A DNA stretch of 64,000 nucleotides from a virus. Every line of letters starts with the position of its first letter. The stretch's first letter is position 1. The notes under the pieces were generated by a model. The model saw nothing but the letters and a program-made list of their open reading frames with translations, was not told where the DNA came from and did no database searches. This document shows, in pieces, positions 26,262-36,010 of this stretch. The translations under genes and the position numbers were made by a program. The stretch is from the IMG/VR virus record IMGVR_UViG_3300012209_000005, positions 51,416 through 115,415 of that record. The stretch is one strand, 5' to 3'.

Positions 26262-29200
26262 TTACCTCGCCCATTCGCTTGACGGCACCCCGTACTCCCA
26301 CCGCTGCTCCGGGTCCGCGTAACCCCAGCGCCCGTCGTCAGTCCCGTACTTCCACTGCCCTCCCGGGCTGCCCTCCGCCCACTGGTGGTGCGGCACCCCG
26401 GTCCTGGTCGCCAGTGCCCCGGCTGTCTCAGCGGGAGCCTGGAAGGGGACCAGCTGGATGATCATCCCCCGGCGGGCCTTGTCCGCCCGGGTGAAGTTCA
26501 CCCTCCGTGTCGTCTTGAACTCCGGGGGGTAAGCCGGGATGACCGCGGTCTTCGGGATGCCGGTGAACTTCCCGCGTCGCGGCGGGGACAGTTTCGGACG
26601 GCGCGGCGACAGCCAGCCCGGGACCGCGGGCGGCGCGGGGAAGGCGATGACGCTGAAATACTGCCCGTGGCTTTCGCGGACCAGGCTCCGCTTATCCTGG
26701 CGCGTGAACTGCGGCAGGCCCGGGTTCGCGGACAGGCTGAACTGCCCGGGGTTGAAGAACCTGCCCTGGCTCCGGCGCAGCGTCAGCCGCTTCGGCTGCG
26801 CCTGCCGGGTGAACCCCGGGTAGGCGTTCCCGTTAAGGCTGAACTGCCCCGGGCTGGAGAACTTCCCGCGCGGGTACCGGACGACCCTGCGGGAATCCTG
26901 CCGGGTGAACGAGGGGTAGGCGTTCCCGTCCAGGTTGAACTGCCCCGGGGTGAAGAACCTGCCCCTCGGCGGGCGGATGATCCTCCTGCTGTCCTGCCGG
27001 GTGAACAGCGGGAAGGTAACGCCCTGGTTGCCCTGCCCCCATGCCTGCCCGGGGAACTTCCCCTGGCTGCGGCGCAGGGTAACCCGGGAAAGCCCCGCCT
27101 GCCGCAGGTACAGCGGGAACTGGACCGGAGTCCCCCCGGGCGGCGGGGGCGCCTCGGCGAAGAAGAACCTGCCCCTCGGAGCGCGCAGCGTGAACCGCGA
27201 CGCGTTCCCGGACTGCCGGGTAAACAGCGGGAAGGCGGCACCCTGGTTCCCCTGCCCGAGACCCGGGACGCCGAACCGCCCGTGCGGGATACGTGCCGGG
27301 ACTGCCCGTTCCTGCCGCGTGATAAACTGCGGCGGCGGGATAACCTTCCCTGCGACCGGGACCCCGAAGACCCTGCCGCGCGGGTTCCGCAGCGTCAGCC
27401 TGGACGCGACCCCCGCCTGGCGCTCGTACAGCGGGAAGACTATGCCCTGGTTACCCTGCCCCAGCCCGGGGAACTGGTAGCGCCCCCGCGAGATGCGCAG
27501 CGAGATCGCGCGCACCTGGCGGCCGGCGAACTGGGGCGGGGGAACGACCTTCCCGGCAGCGGGAGTCCCGAAGAACCTGCCCCGCGGGCTGCGCACCGTG
27601 AACCGGGACGCATTCCCGGACTGCCGCTCGTACAGGGGGAGCCGGGTACCGGTGTTCCCCTGTCCCCACTCCTGGCCGAAGAATATCCCGCGGGTCCTGC
27701 GGGCGGCGGCGATGAGCCGCTGCGTCCCCTGCGCCTGCCGGGCGTACAGGGGGAACTGGATCCCCTGGTTGCCCTGGCCCCAGCCTGGACTGAGCCAGTG
27801 CCCCCGGGAGATGCGCGGGGCCCACCTGGGCGCGGAGCCCGCGATGCGGGTGAACGAGGGGAACGCCTGGTTGACCAAGCCGAACTGGCCGGGACTGAAG
27901 TACTGCCCTTCGCTGCGCCGCAGGGTCAGGCGCTTCGACTGGGCCTGCCTGGCGTACAGCGGGAAGGCGGTTCCCTGGTTACCCTGTCCGAAGCCGGGAA
28001 CCTGGTAGCGCCCGCGTGCGACCCGCACGGGCGGGACCGCGCGCAGCCGGCTGGCGAACTGGGGCGGCGGGGCAGTCGCCACGACAGCCGGGACACCGGA
28101 GAACCTGCCCCTGGGGTTCCGCAGCGCCTGCCGGGAAGACTGTGCCTGGCGGGTGAACAGCGGGAAGGCTACGCCCTGGTTGCCCTGCCCCAGCCCCCAG
28201 CCGAAGAACCGCCCCTGGGACTGCGACCAGCGCAGCATCAGCCGCTGAGCCGAGGTTCCCGGGCGCAGGAACGCCGGGACCGCGGGAACCGCGGCGACCG
28301 TGGTAAAGGAGACGGTCAGCGTCCCCGCCGGGTGCGCCGAACCCAGCGTCCACGTGACGCTGTAGGACGCGGGCGGCGCGCCAGCGCGGACCGCACCCCG
28401 GCCGGAACCCGCTATCCCGTCATCGAAGTCGGAGAGCGCGGTGAACCCGGCGGTCGCCGTGACCCCGGTCGCCTGAGCGTAGTGAACCGCCGCGACAACC
28501 AGGTCCGCCGGGCCCGTCGTCGCGATAGACGGGGTGGCGATCGTCGTCGAGCTGGCCGCGGCGGACCCGTCGGGGCTGGCCGAGTCCAGTCCCAGGTACG
28601 CCGGGGGGCTCTTGTACTCCTGGATGTTCCAGGCCCAGGTCTGGGACGTGCCGCTGTTGCCCTGCACCCACACGACGGACGCGGCATTCAGCGCGTACCA
28701 GCATTCGACCCGGGTGTTGCTCTGCCCGGATACGGCCCCGCGAGTGGCGAGCCGCCAGGTGTTGCCCGCGGAGTCGGTGACCGACGTCAGCGCCCCGGTG
28801 GCCAGCCCCCCGGAGCGGGTGAAAATCCCGACGAGCAGGGAGCCCTGCCCGGTGGTGATGGTGATCTGCGGCGTGTTATTCGCCGCCGCGGCCGACCCCG
28901 TGACCTGCAGGATCGTCAGGAAGCCGGGGAAGAACCTGCCCTGGCTGCGGCGCAGGGTGAGGTGCTGCGACCCGGAGGAGGACTGGCGGGCGAACGGCGG
29001 CGGGAACCCCGGGACAACCGGGGTGACCGGGGCGGTGAACTTCCCCTGGCCGCGGCGCAGGGTGGGCCTGGGCTGGGCCTGGCGGAGGTACAGGGGGAAC
29101 CGGGTTCCCTGGTTACCCTGTCCCCACGCCTGGTTGAAAAACTGCCCGCGCGCCGGGCGGACGGTACGCAGGCTCAGCCGCCGCGACTGTGCCTGCTGCG

Positions 29201-30746
29201 CGAACAGCGGAAACGCGGTGCCCTGGTTGCCCTGGCCCCACGCCTGGAAAACCCTGCCACGCGGCGGAGTGCGCAGCGCGAGCCGGGAGGGGGCGCCGCG
29301 CTGGATGAACGCGGGAACCCCGGTGACGGCGGCAGGCGCGGGACCCGCGTCCGCCCGCCACGGCGGCCACGGCGCGAACGGGGTCCCCCCGGGCATCCCC
29401 GGACCCCGGGCCGGGGCGGACCACGGGGCGTGGAGGTCCGCCCCGGCGCTGTCCCCGGCGATGCTCCCGGCCAGCTTGAACGCGACGAAAACCGTGGCCC
29501 AGGCAGTGGCAACCCCGGCGCCGGTGATCGCAGAACTCGCCGTCTCCGCGGCCCCGGTGCTGCTGCCGTATGACGGCACGCAGTTGAAGATGACCGTGGC
29601 GTTTCTCGCGTTGGCGTCCCGCGTATACGTCGTGCTGCCGGTCGGGGCGGCCCAGGTGAGCGTGGAATTCTCGGAGTCACCGCCGACCGCGACCAGGTAT
29701 TCGCCCGCCGCCGTGGTCGAGTACGCGCCGCAGGCGATGGGGCCGTTCGCGGAAATGCTCCCCGTGCTGGTCACGGCGGTGCCGTCGGCCATCGCGGTCG
29801 TGTTGCCGGCGAGCAGCCCGGAGACTTCCTGGATGACGAACCCGAACGACTGGTTACCGCCGGCCTGCGTAGCCGTGAGAGTCGGCTTAGTGCCGACATC
29901 AGCGGCGGGCGTGTCCATCGCCCAGACGCTCAGCTCGCCGCTCGCGGCGGCGTTATTCAAGAACGCCGACCCGATCTTCGTCATCGCGTTGAGCGCGGCG
30001 TCCTTGACCGCCGTAACCTGCGGGTTACCGCCGCCCCCGGTGGTGATGAACGCGATCAGCTTACTGCCGGACACCACGTTGTTCGGGTACGTGACAGCGG
30101 CGGCACCCGGGTCAAGGCCAGTGCTGGCCGACTGCAGAACCCGCCAGGCCGGCCCGACCAGCACCATGATGCCGAAGGCCTGGCCGGTGTCACCCCACAC
30201 CGGGGCAGTCGCGGTACCCGCGGCGCAGCTCAGGTTGTACGCCCGGCCGTTGCCGGCGCCGTCGCCCTGCGCGGTGTAAACATACCCGCTGGTGGACCCG
30301 GCGGTAGCCGCGCCGACGTCAAGCGCGTACCCCCAGTAAAGCTCCCCGGAGGTCGCCGGGGTCAGCGACGCCCAGGTGGTGTTGCCGAGAGTAGTGTCGA
30401 TGTGCCCCTGCACGTCGAGCACCGGGGTCCCGGTGGTGGAGGAAAACTCCTGCCCGGCGATACTCTGCCCGGAGACCGTGCCCGCGCCGAATGTCGCGGT
30501 CACCGTGGCCGTGCTCGTGGAGGTGACCGTCCCGAGGAACACCTGGGCGGTAAAAAGGTTCGCGGTGCCCGCGAACGACGTCCCCAGCAGCGACCAGGTG
30601 ACATTCGTGCTGGCCAGCGACGTGCATACCGCCGAAGCCTGGTTGATGACACTGCACAGGATGAAGTTGCCCACCCCGCCGGGGGTCAGCGAGATCGTCG
30701 AGGCACCCTGCTCCCCGAACCCGGTCCCGACCGCGGTGAAGGTCAC
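26262..30746 (-). CDS. 1494-aa virion-associated protein: beta domains plus Arg/Gln/Gly/Phe-rich repeats
   Basis: Long ORF; nine GQGN(Q/T)Gxx(F/L)PL(F/Y)xxQ repeats. Confidence 0.75.
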   Translation of the reverse strand: MTFTAVGTGFGEQGASTISLTPGGVGNFILCSVINQASAVCTSLASTNVTWSLLGTSFAGTANLFTAQVFLGTVTSTSTATVTATFGAGTVSGQSIAGQEFSSTTGTPVLDVQGHIDTTLGNTTWASLTPATSGELYWGYALDVGAATAGSTSGYVYTAQGDGAGNGRAYNLSCAAGTATAPVWGDTGQAFGIMVLVGPAWRVLQSASTGLDPGAAAVTYPNNVVSGSKLIAFITTGGGGNPQVTAVKDAALNAMTKIGSAFLNNAAASGELSVWAMDTPAADVGTKPTLTATQAGGNQSFGFVIQEVSGLLAGNTTAMADGTAVTSTGSISANGPIACGAYSTTAAGEYLVAVGGDSENSTLTWAAPTGSTTYTRDANARNATVIFNCVPSYGSSTGAAETASSAITGAGVATAWATVFVAFKLAGSIAGDSAGADLHAPWSAPARGPGMPGGTPFAPWPPWRADAGPAPAAVTGVPAFIQRGAPSRLALRTPPRGRVFQAWGQGNQGTAFPLFAQQAQSRRLSLRTVRPARGQFFNQAWGQGNQGTRFPLYLRQAQPRPTLRRGQGKFTAPVTPVVPGFPPPFARQSSSGSQHLTLRRSQGRFFPGFLTILQVTGSAAAANNTPQITITTGQGSLLVGIFTRSGGLATGALTSVTDSAGNTWRLATRGAVSGQSNTRVECWYALNAASVVWVQGNSGTSQTWAWNIQEYKSPPAYLGLDSASPDGSAAASSTTIATPSIATTGPADLVVAAVHYAQATGVTATAGFTALSDFDDGIAGSGRGAVRAGAPPASYSVTWTLGSAHPAGTLTVSFTTVAAVPAVPAFLRPGTSAQRLMLRWSQSQGRFFGWGLGQGNQGVAFPLFTRQAQSSRQALRNPRGRFSGVPAVVATAPPPQFASRLRAVPPVRVARGRYQVPGFGQGNQGTAFPLYARQAQSKRLTLRRSEGQYFSPGQFGLVNQAFPSFTRIAGSAPRWAPRISRGHWLSPGWGQGNQGIQFPLYARQAQGTQRLIAAARRTRGIFFGQEWGQGNTGTRLPLYERQSGNASRFTVRSPRGRFFGTPAAGKVVPPPQFAGRQVRAISLRISRGRYQFPGLGQGNQGIVFPLYERQAGVASRLTLRNPRGRVFGVPVAGKVIPPPQFITRQERAVPARIPHGRFGVPGLGQGNQGAAFPLFTRQSGNASRFTLRAPRGRFFFAEAPPPPGGTPVQFPLYLRQAGLSRVTLRRSQGKFPGQAWGQGNQGVTFPLFTRQDSRRIIRPPRGRFFTPGQFNLDGNAYPSFTRQDSRRVVRYPRGKFSSPGQFSLNGNAYPGFTRQAQPKRLTLRRSQGRFFNPGQFSLSANPGLPQFTRQDKRSLVRESHGQYFSVIAFPAPPAVPGWLSPRRPKLSPPRRGKFTGIPKTAVIPAYPPEFKTTRRVNFTRADKARRGMIIQLVPFQAPAETAGALATRTGVPHHQWAEGSPGGQWKYGTDDGRWGYADPEQRWEYGVPSSEWAR

Positions 30747-30774
30747 CGGGACCTCCTCCCGTTACGGACAGGGC

Positions 30775-31335
30775 TCAGCCCAGGATCTCCACACTCAGGC
30801 TGTAGCAGGTCAGGGTGGGCGCCCCGGTGGTCGCCGACCAGGCAGCCCCCACCGTGACCACCTTGGCCAGGCTGGTGTCGATGGTCACCGTCCGCGCAGC
30901 CGCGGTCTGCGGGATCGGGTACACGGTCTGCGCGGTGGCCAGGCCCGTGGTCGCGCCCGGGAGGTGGATGAGCCCGGAGCCCTTGATCGTCCCGGCGGTG
31001 CCGGTGGTGCGGATCTCCCCCTCGTATTCCATCCACCACGGGACCGCGGTCTCCGAGACCACGACGGCGAGCGCCGCGCCGGCGGCGATGGCAGCCCCGG
31101 CGATCCCCCCGTAGTAGAACCCGAGGGTGAGGGTGTCGGCGGTGGAGCCGATGGTCAGCTCACCGCGGGCGCGCAGGCGGAGCACGCTGCCCTGCTCCAG
31201 CATCCCGGCGGGGATCGTCTTCCCGAGGAAGAGGACGTTGGAGGTGGCGTCGGTGAGGGTGGCGGCGGTGACCGGGGTGCCGTCAGCGGCGGTGAGGGGC
31301 CCGACCGGGGCGGACCAGTAGGTGCGCGCAGCCAC
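30775..31335 (-). CDS. putative virion protein
   Basis: T/A/G-rich beta protein; RBS AAGGAG. Confidence 0.6.
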   Translation of the reverse strand: MAARTYWSAPVGPLTAADGTPVTAATLTDATSNVLFLGKTIPAGMLEQGSVLRLRARGELTIGSTADTLTLGFYYGGIAGAAIAAGAALAVVVSETAVPWWMEYEGEIRTTGTAGTIKGSGLIHLPGATTGLATAQTVYPIPQTAAARTVTIDTSLAKVVTVGAAWSATTGAPTLTCYSLSVEILG

Positions 31336-31367
31336 ATGGGCTCCTTAGATCGAGTTGAAGTAGGCCG

Positions 31368-31871
31368 TCACTCCTCGATCTCGAACGAGACCACGTAGAG
31401 GTGCGCGCTCGGGAGCGCGTTGCCGATGTTGAAGAACGCGATCCCGTTCCCGGACGCCCCGGAGACGTACAGCTCCTCCAGCAGCTCCCACGGCAGGTCC
31501 ACCCCGGACTGGGTGTTGAAGGAGACCTCGAAGGAGTAGTTCGCCAGCGCGGTGCCCGCGAGAGTCGGGGTGGTAGACCACGCCGAGTCCAGTGCCACCG
31601 AGGTGGCGAAGCTGTTCGGGTCCAGCTTGTTCAGCGCCGCCGTGGTCGTCTGGGTGCCTCTCACGCTGCACCGGATCGCGGCGACGGACACCTGCTGCGA
31701 GGTGGGCGCGCCGGTGCCGGCGCGGACCCCGAGAGTGAGCCGCCTGACCTTGAACGAGGAGCCCGCGGTCAGGACAAGCGCCGCGAACAGGCCGCCGGTC
31801 GTGGCGGATGCCGAGTTGATACCGGTACCGAGAGCAGCCGCGCTTTCCACGACTCCGTTAAAACGTGCCAC
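31368..31871 (-). CDS. putative virion protein
   Basis: GGAGGCGT-GTG start, first gene after leader hairpin. Confidence 0.6.
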   Translation of the reverse strand: MARFNGVVESAAALGTGINSASATTGGLFAALVLTAGSSFKVRRLTLGVRAGTGAPTSQQVSVAAIRCSVRGTQTTTAALNKLDPNSFATSVALDSAWSTTPTLAGTALANYSFEVSFNTQSGVDLPWELLEELYVSGASGNGIAFFNIGNALPSAHLYVVSFEIEE

Positions 31872-32169
31872 ACGCCTCCATGACGTTGTTTCCGGGCATA
31901 AAAAAAGCCCCATTCCGGGGCATGGGCATAAAGATCCAGTTCCCACTATATATGAGACTGGAACTGCAGCGCAATAATAACGGCTTGTTCTGCTGTGCCG
32001 CGATACTCGCGTTGATCATCGAGGACGTGACGCGGATCATCCATTCCATCGCCTGCGCCTCGGTGAACCCGGCGAGAACAGCCGCCTCGAACATCCTGCG
32101 GGCATTTTTCGCCATCGGGAAGAAGTCATCCTCGTCACCGCTGAACGGGTCCTGGGGTAGTCCGTCCAT
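31858..32169 (-). CDS. hypothetical protein
   Basis: AGFTEAQAME motif common in small actinophage proteins. Confidence 0.5.
   Translation of the reverse strand: MDGLPQDPFSGDEDDFFPMAKNARRMFEAAVLAGFTEAQAMEWMIRVTSSMINASIAAQQNKPLLLRCSSSLIYSGNWIFMPMPRNGAFFMPGNNVMEACGTF
31900..31950 (-). promoter_or_regulatory. -10 element TATAGT followed by intrinsic terminator-like hairpin
   Basis: Minus strand TATAGT (31945-31950) then GCCCC-GGAAT-GGGGC-TTTTTTT. Confidence 0.6.
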
Positions 32170-32172
32170 TAC

Positions 32173-32409
32173 TTACTCCTCATCGAAAACATCCTCGGGA
32201 TAGATGGTCTCCGAGTCGTCATAGGCCTGGTCAGGCCAGTATTCCACCTTGACGCGGGTCCCGGCCCCCGGGCCCTGGCCCAGCCACTCCTGCAATTTCA
32301 CCCGCGGGCAGGCGCGCAGATGGTAACCCCCGCAGTCGTAACATGCGCTGTCGGGGCGCTCGGGGAAAACAGCGCGAAGATCCCTCTTCTCCTCAGCGGT
32401 CAGTTTCAC
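32173..32409 (-). CDS. hypothetical zinc-binding protein
   Basis: CYDCGGYHLRACPRVK. Confidence 0.55.
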   Translation of the reverse strand: MKLTAEEKRDLRAVFPERPDSACYDCGGYHLRACPRVKLQEWLGQGPGAGTRVKVEYWPDQAYDDSETIYPEDVFDEE

Positions 32410-32558
32410 CGGTCTTCTCGAACTCCTTCCAGGGTATGCAGAACGCGTCGTCGTAATGCCGGCCGTTATGCCCTTTCCTCAGCGTGCAGATCAGCCACGT
32501 CCCGCCCCCGTCGAGGAACGCGCGCACCCTCCTGCCGCAAAGGGTCTGCCCAATGGGG

Positions 32559-34283
32559 TCAGAGCTTTCGCCCGGCGAACCAGTTTTTCTTTCCGGAGTA
32601 CTCATGAGAAGCTCCCGGTGCCATCGTCCTGGCTACCTGCGCCATATAGGCCATCGGGTCGATATGGCATTCGGGGCAGTGATCTTTGCTGATCGGGTAC
32701 TTGCCCCCGCAGGTATCGCACTGGGTGAGGTAGCCTTTCCACCAGCGTGTCGCGGCCTTCTCCTCGTTGCGCCTCTCCGCGTACCTGTCGCGCCTGTCCC
32801 AGTTAGCCTCCGTCCCGCAGGCGGGGCAATGCGGCTTCAGCTTGTGCACGAGCACGCCGCACTTGGAGCACGGCTGGAAGGAATACGCCTGGAACCAGTT
32901 GATATCCATGCCTTTCACCAGCTGGAACATCGCCCAGACGAAGGCGTCGGCATGGTCGTCGGCCAGCTTCTTGCGGTCCTGCTCGGGCCTCATCCGGGCC
33001 AGCTGCAGCTCAAGCTCGTCGTGGTACCCGACCATGTGGATGCGGCCCACCTCGTTGAGCCTGGCGATCTGCAAGGCGCGGATTTCCTTCGTCTTCATGG
33101 CCCGCACCGTGAAAATGTCGATGGACGAATCCCGGGACCGGATCGCGTCGGGCACGTAGTCGCCGCCCTGGTTGACTTCCAGGATGACCAGGGACGCGCC
33201 GTGCTTAAACCACATCGTCTGGACGATCTGGGTGAGCCCGTCCGGGGTGTACTTCCCGGAGGCATCCTCAAGCACATAGGAGTGGTATTCCCCGTTCACC
33301 TGCCCCTTGCCGACAACCACGATGCCGCTCTCGTCACTGCGGGCGTTCGTCGTCATCGCCGGGTCCACCCCGATCATCACCTCGTCAAGCTGGGGGATCT
33401 CGGACTCGGTGACCCGGAAGCGGTCGAAGTCGCGGCGCTTGAAGAAGGACATGGCCGACTCAAGGCCCAGCTCGGCCTCAAGCTCCTGCAGGATTTCCTC
33501 CGGGGACAGGGCGGCGTACATATCCTTGACCGCCTGCTCGGACAGCCAGTGCGCTTCCTTCGTCTTCGCCCGGGTCAGGTGGTAGTGCACGGGATCGGCC
33601 CTGCACTGCTTGATGAGGAAGTCCATGAGCTTGTTGCCCTCGCGGGGCGTGGCGGTGATCACCACGCGGGGCTCGCCGCCGTCCGCCCGCTTGATGCGCA
33701 GCGCGGGGCGCAGGACCTCGGTGTAAAACTTGTCGTCGGAGTACGACGCCAGCTCATCCAGCCAGGCGAACGTCAGGTTGGACCCGCGGATGGTGTCCGG
33801 GTTCTCGGCGGAGAAGCCCTGGATGCTCGACCCGTTGTGAAGCTCGATTTTCAGGTTGTTCTTGTTGTAGGAGCGCTCCTCGCCCCCGGCGAACCTGTCC
33901 AGCACCTTGCGGATCCCCGAGGGGCCCTCGAAGCAGACCTCACGGACCCCCTGGAAGGTGGGGGCGACCACCGCGATCTGGCACCCGGGGTTGGTGAGCG
34001 CCATGTGAACCACCCACTTGGCCCCGGACTGCGTTTTGCCGTACCCGCGGCCGGCGACGAAAACCCAGTACACCCAGTCCTTGCTCACCCCGGTGCAGCC
34101 GCAGGCGCGTTCCGACCCGTCAGGGTCGGTGTACGGCTTATGATGACGCGGGTGGTCGGGGGGCAGCTGCTTGTTGGTGGCCTCGTGCTCCCAGCGGCGC
34201 TCGTCGCGGAGCTTCTCGGAGCGGATCTTATCCAGGAGCTGCTGGAGCTGCCCGGGGGTCAGCTTGCTGTAATCTCGCGGCAC
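32559..34283 (-). CDS. terminase large subunit with C-terminal double zinc ribbon
   Basis: Walker A AGRGYGKT, Walker B FAWLDE, nuclease IGVDPA and DDHADA; RBS GGAGG. Confidence 0.93.
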   Translation of the reverse strand: MPRDYSKLTPGQLQQLLDKIRSEKLRDERRWEHEATNKQLPPDHPRHHKPYTDPDGSERACGCTGVSKDWVYWVFVAGRGYGKTQSGAKWVVHMALTNPGCQIAVVAPTFQGVREVCFEGPSGIRKVLDRFAGGEERSYNKNNLKIELHNGSSIQGFSAENPDTIRGSNLTFAWLDELASYSDDKFYTEVLRPALRIKRADGGEPRVVITATPREGNKLMDFLIKQCRADPVHYHLTRAKTKEAHWLSEQAVKDMYAALSPEEILQELEAELGLESAMSFFKRRDFDRFRVTESEIPQLDEVMIGVDPAMTTNARSDESGIVVVGKGQVNGEYHSYVLEDASGKYTPDGLTQIVQTMWFKHGASLVILEVNQGGDYVPDAIRSRDSSIDIFTVRAMKTKEIRALQIARLNEVGRIHMVGYHDELELQLARMRPEQDRKKLADDHADAFVWAMFQLVKGMDINWFQAYSFQPCSKCGVLVHKLKPHCPACGTEANWDRRDRYAERRNEEKAATRWWKGYLTQCDTCGGKYPISKDHCPECHIDPMAYMAQVARTMAPGASHEYSGKKNWFAGRKL

Positions 34284-34312
34284 ACACCTCCCTGCTCCTC
34301 CCGGGCATGGCA

Positions 34313-34348
34313 AAGCCCCCGGGGGTTCCCGCTTTTCCCCGGGGGCTT
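34313..34348 (-). terminator. hairpin downstream of LysM gene
   Basis: AAGCCCCCGGGG...CCCCGGGGGCTT inverted repeat. Confidence 0.6.
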
Positions 34349-34361
34349 CACTCGCGCATAG

Positions 34362-35204
34362 TTACGGCTTACAGACCCACTGCGCCCAGGTGTCCCCGCT
34401 GGCCCTGAACTTGGACACGGCGTTCTCCGCGTTCACGTACGGGTTGTTCAAGTCGCCCCCGACGACCGCGCCGAGGATCTGCCAGAGCCCGGTCGCGCCG
34501 CTCGGGTTGTAGGCGCTCACCCGGCCCCCCGACTCGCACTCGGCGACGGAAGCCGCGGCGGACTCAGCCCACGCGGGACCGCCCGCGGACACCCACAGCC
34601 TCTCCAGCCCCGCGAACGAGTACATCCCGCTGGCATTGTAGGCGGCCACCCTCACCGACGCGTGATGCCGCCGGAGTGCGTGACGCTGCGGCGCGGAGCA
34701 GGCTGTGTCCCACCCGTCGCCGTCCCCGTCACCGCACTTGTACGGGTGGCCGTAGGTCCCGGCCTTCGGGGGGTCCGCCTTCGGGGCCGCCTTCGGGGGG
34801 TCCGCCACGGCAGCGGCGGAGCAGGACAGGACGAGACGCTCCCTCGGGAAGATCAGGTTCGGGTCTTTCACCTGGCTCTTGTTCGCCGCCGCGATCCCCG
34901 TCCAGTCGCCGGCGTCATGGCAGCGGCCTGCCGCGATCCCCGACAGGGTGTCGCCCGCGCGCACGGTGACGAAGCTCAGCGCGACGGCCCTGGCGACGGA
35001 GGCGCCGAGGGAAGCGGAGCTTCGCTCCCCGACGGAAGGCTTGTAGACGGCATCCGGGGCAGGGGCGGTGACCGCCGGGCCCTGGTGAGGGGTGACAACC
35101 TGCGCGTGCGCGGCAGGTACGATGAACATGGCGCTCGCGGCGACAGCTGCAGGACCTGCTGCAAGCGAGGCTGCCTTGATGAGGGGACGGCTATGCCTGC
35201 CCAT
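34362..35204 (-). CDS. secreted LysM + lytic transglycosylase (Rpf/SLT-like) protein
   Basis: MGRHS signal peptide, VRAGDTLSGIA..DPNLIFP LysM, CESGG...ATGLWQI catalytic motif. Confidence 0.85.
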   Translation of the reverse strand: MGRHSRPLIKAASLAAGPAAVAASAMFIVPAAHAQVVTPHQGPAVTAPAPDAVYKPSVGERSSASLGASVARAVALSFVTVRAGDTLSGIAAGRCHDAGDWTGIAAANKSQVKDPNLIFPRERLVLSCSAAAVADPPKAAPKADPPKAGTYGHPYKCGDGDGDGWDTACSAPQRHALRRHHASVRVAAYNASGMYSFAGLERLWVSAGGPAWAESAAASVAECESGGRVSAYNPSGATGLWQILGAVVGGDLNNPYVNAENAVSKFRASGDTWAQWVCKP

Positions 35205-35585
35205 ATGAAAGCTGACTCCCTGGATGAGGGTTATGCCCTTATTCCCCAGCCGGAAGGACAAGCAAGAAGTCCGGGGTCCGGGGACATCAAGGCCTGGTAA
35301 AATCCGCACCAGGGCGCAATTGTCCTTGGTCCAGATATACGGTATCCTTGCATCCGATGTCAACAGCTGTCAGGCGAAACGGGAAAAAGGTCACGGAAGC
35401 ATCTCCAGGAGAAGCGGAGCTTCACTCCCCGGGTGACTGGCTCCTGCAGCAATACGAGAAAACCCTCGCCGCTGACTTCTTCTTCCCGGGGACGGCTGTC
35501 GTGCGGCCGGTCATCCAGGTGCTCGCTGACCACCCGTCGCGCTGCGCGCTGTGCGGGACCTCTGACTGGGACGAAGACTCCTGGA

Positions 35586-36008
35586 CTATGCGCTGGCAAG
35601 CTCCTCGCACAGATCAGCCAGGCCTTCTACCAGCATCAGGAGCTTGCTCCCCGGGTACGCCCTCGGGTGCCTTCCCTGCCGGCGGAAGGCCGCCATCCTG
35701 ATCGTCCCCGAAGGCTCCAGCGCCCCCGGGTGCATATGCCCGACGATGCGCACCAGGTCCCGCAAGTCCCTCTCCGGCAGCTGCAGGAGCTTAGCCGCGA
35801 AATCCAGCGGCCAGTGATCCCCGTTACTCTCGACCAGCTCCCGGCCCTTCCAGCCCCGCGAGGGAGGTGGCGGCGGGGTGACGGGCCTGGACATGATCTC
35901 ATCCGCCTGCTGCTGGAGAAGCTCCATCTCCCACGGGGCAAGCGGAGCTTCGCTCCCCTGGGGGATATCCTCCGGGAGCGGCGGGAGCGGGTGCGATCCC
36001 TCAGGCAT
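35586..36008 (-). CDS. putative DNA-binding (HTH-like) protein
   Basis: AAKLLQLPERDLRDLV...GRHPRAY. Confidence 0.45.
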   Translation of the reverse strand: MPEGSHPLPPLPEDIPQGSEAPLAPWEMELLQQQADEIMSRPVTPPPPPSRGWKGRELVESNGDHWPLDFAAKLLQLPERDLRDLVRIVGHMHPGALEPSGTIRMAAFRRQGRHPRAYPGSKLLMLVEGLADLCEELASA

Positions 36009-36010
36009 TT

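Noticed and set aside
35205-35330. c-di-AMP (ydaO) riboswitch upstream of the LysM gene
   Set aside because: Characteristic GCTGAATCC and GGAACGGGG-type motifs are not present
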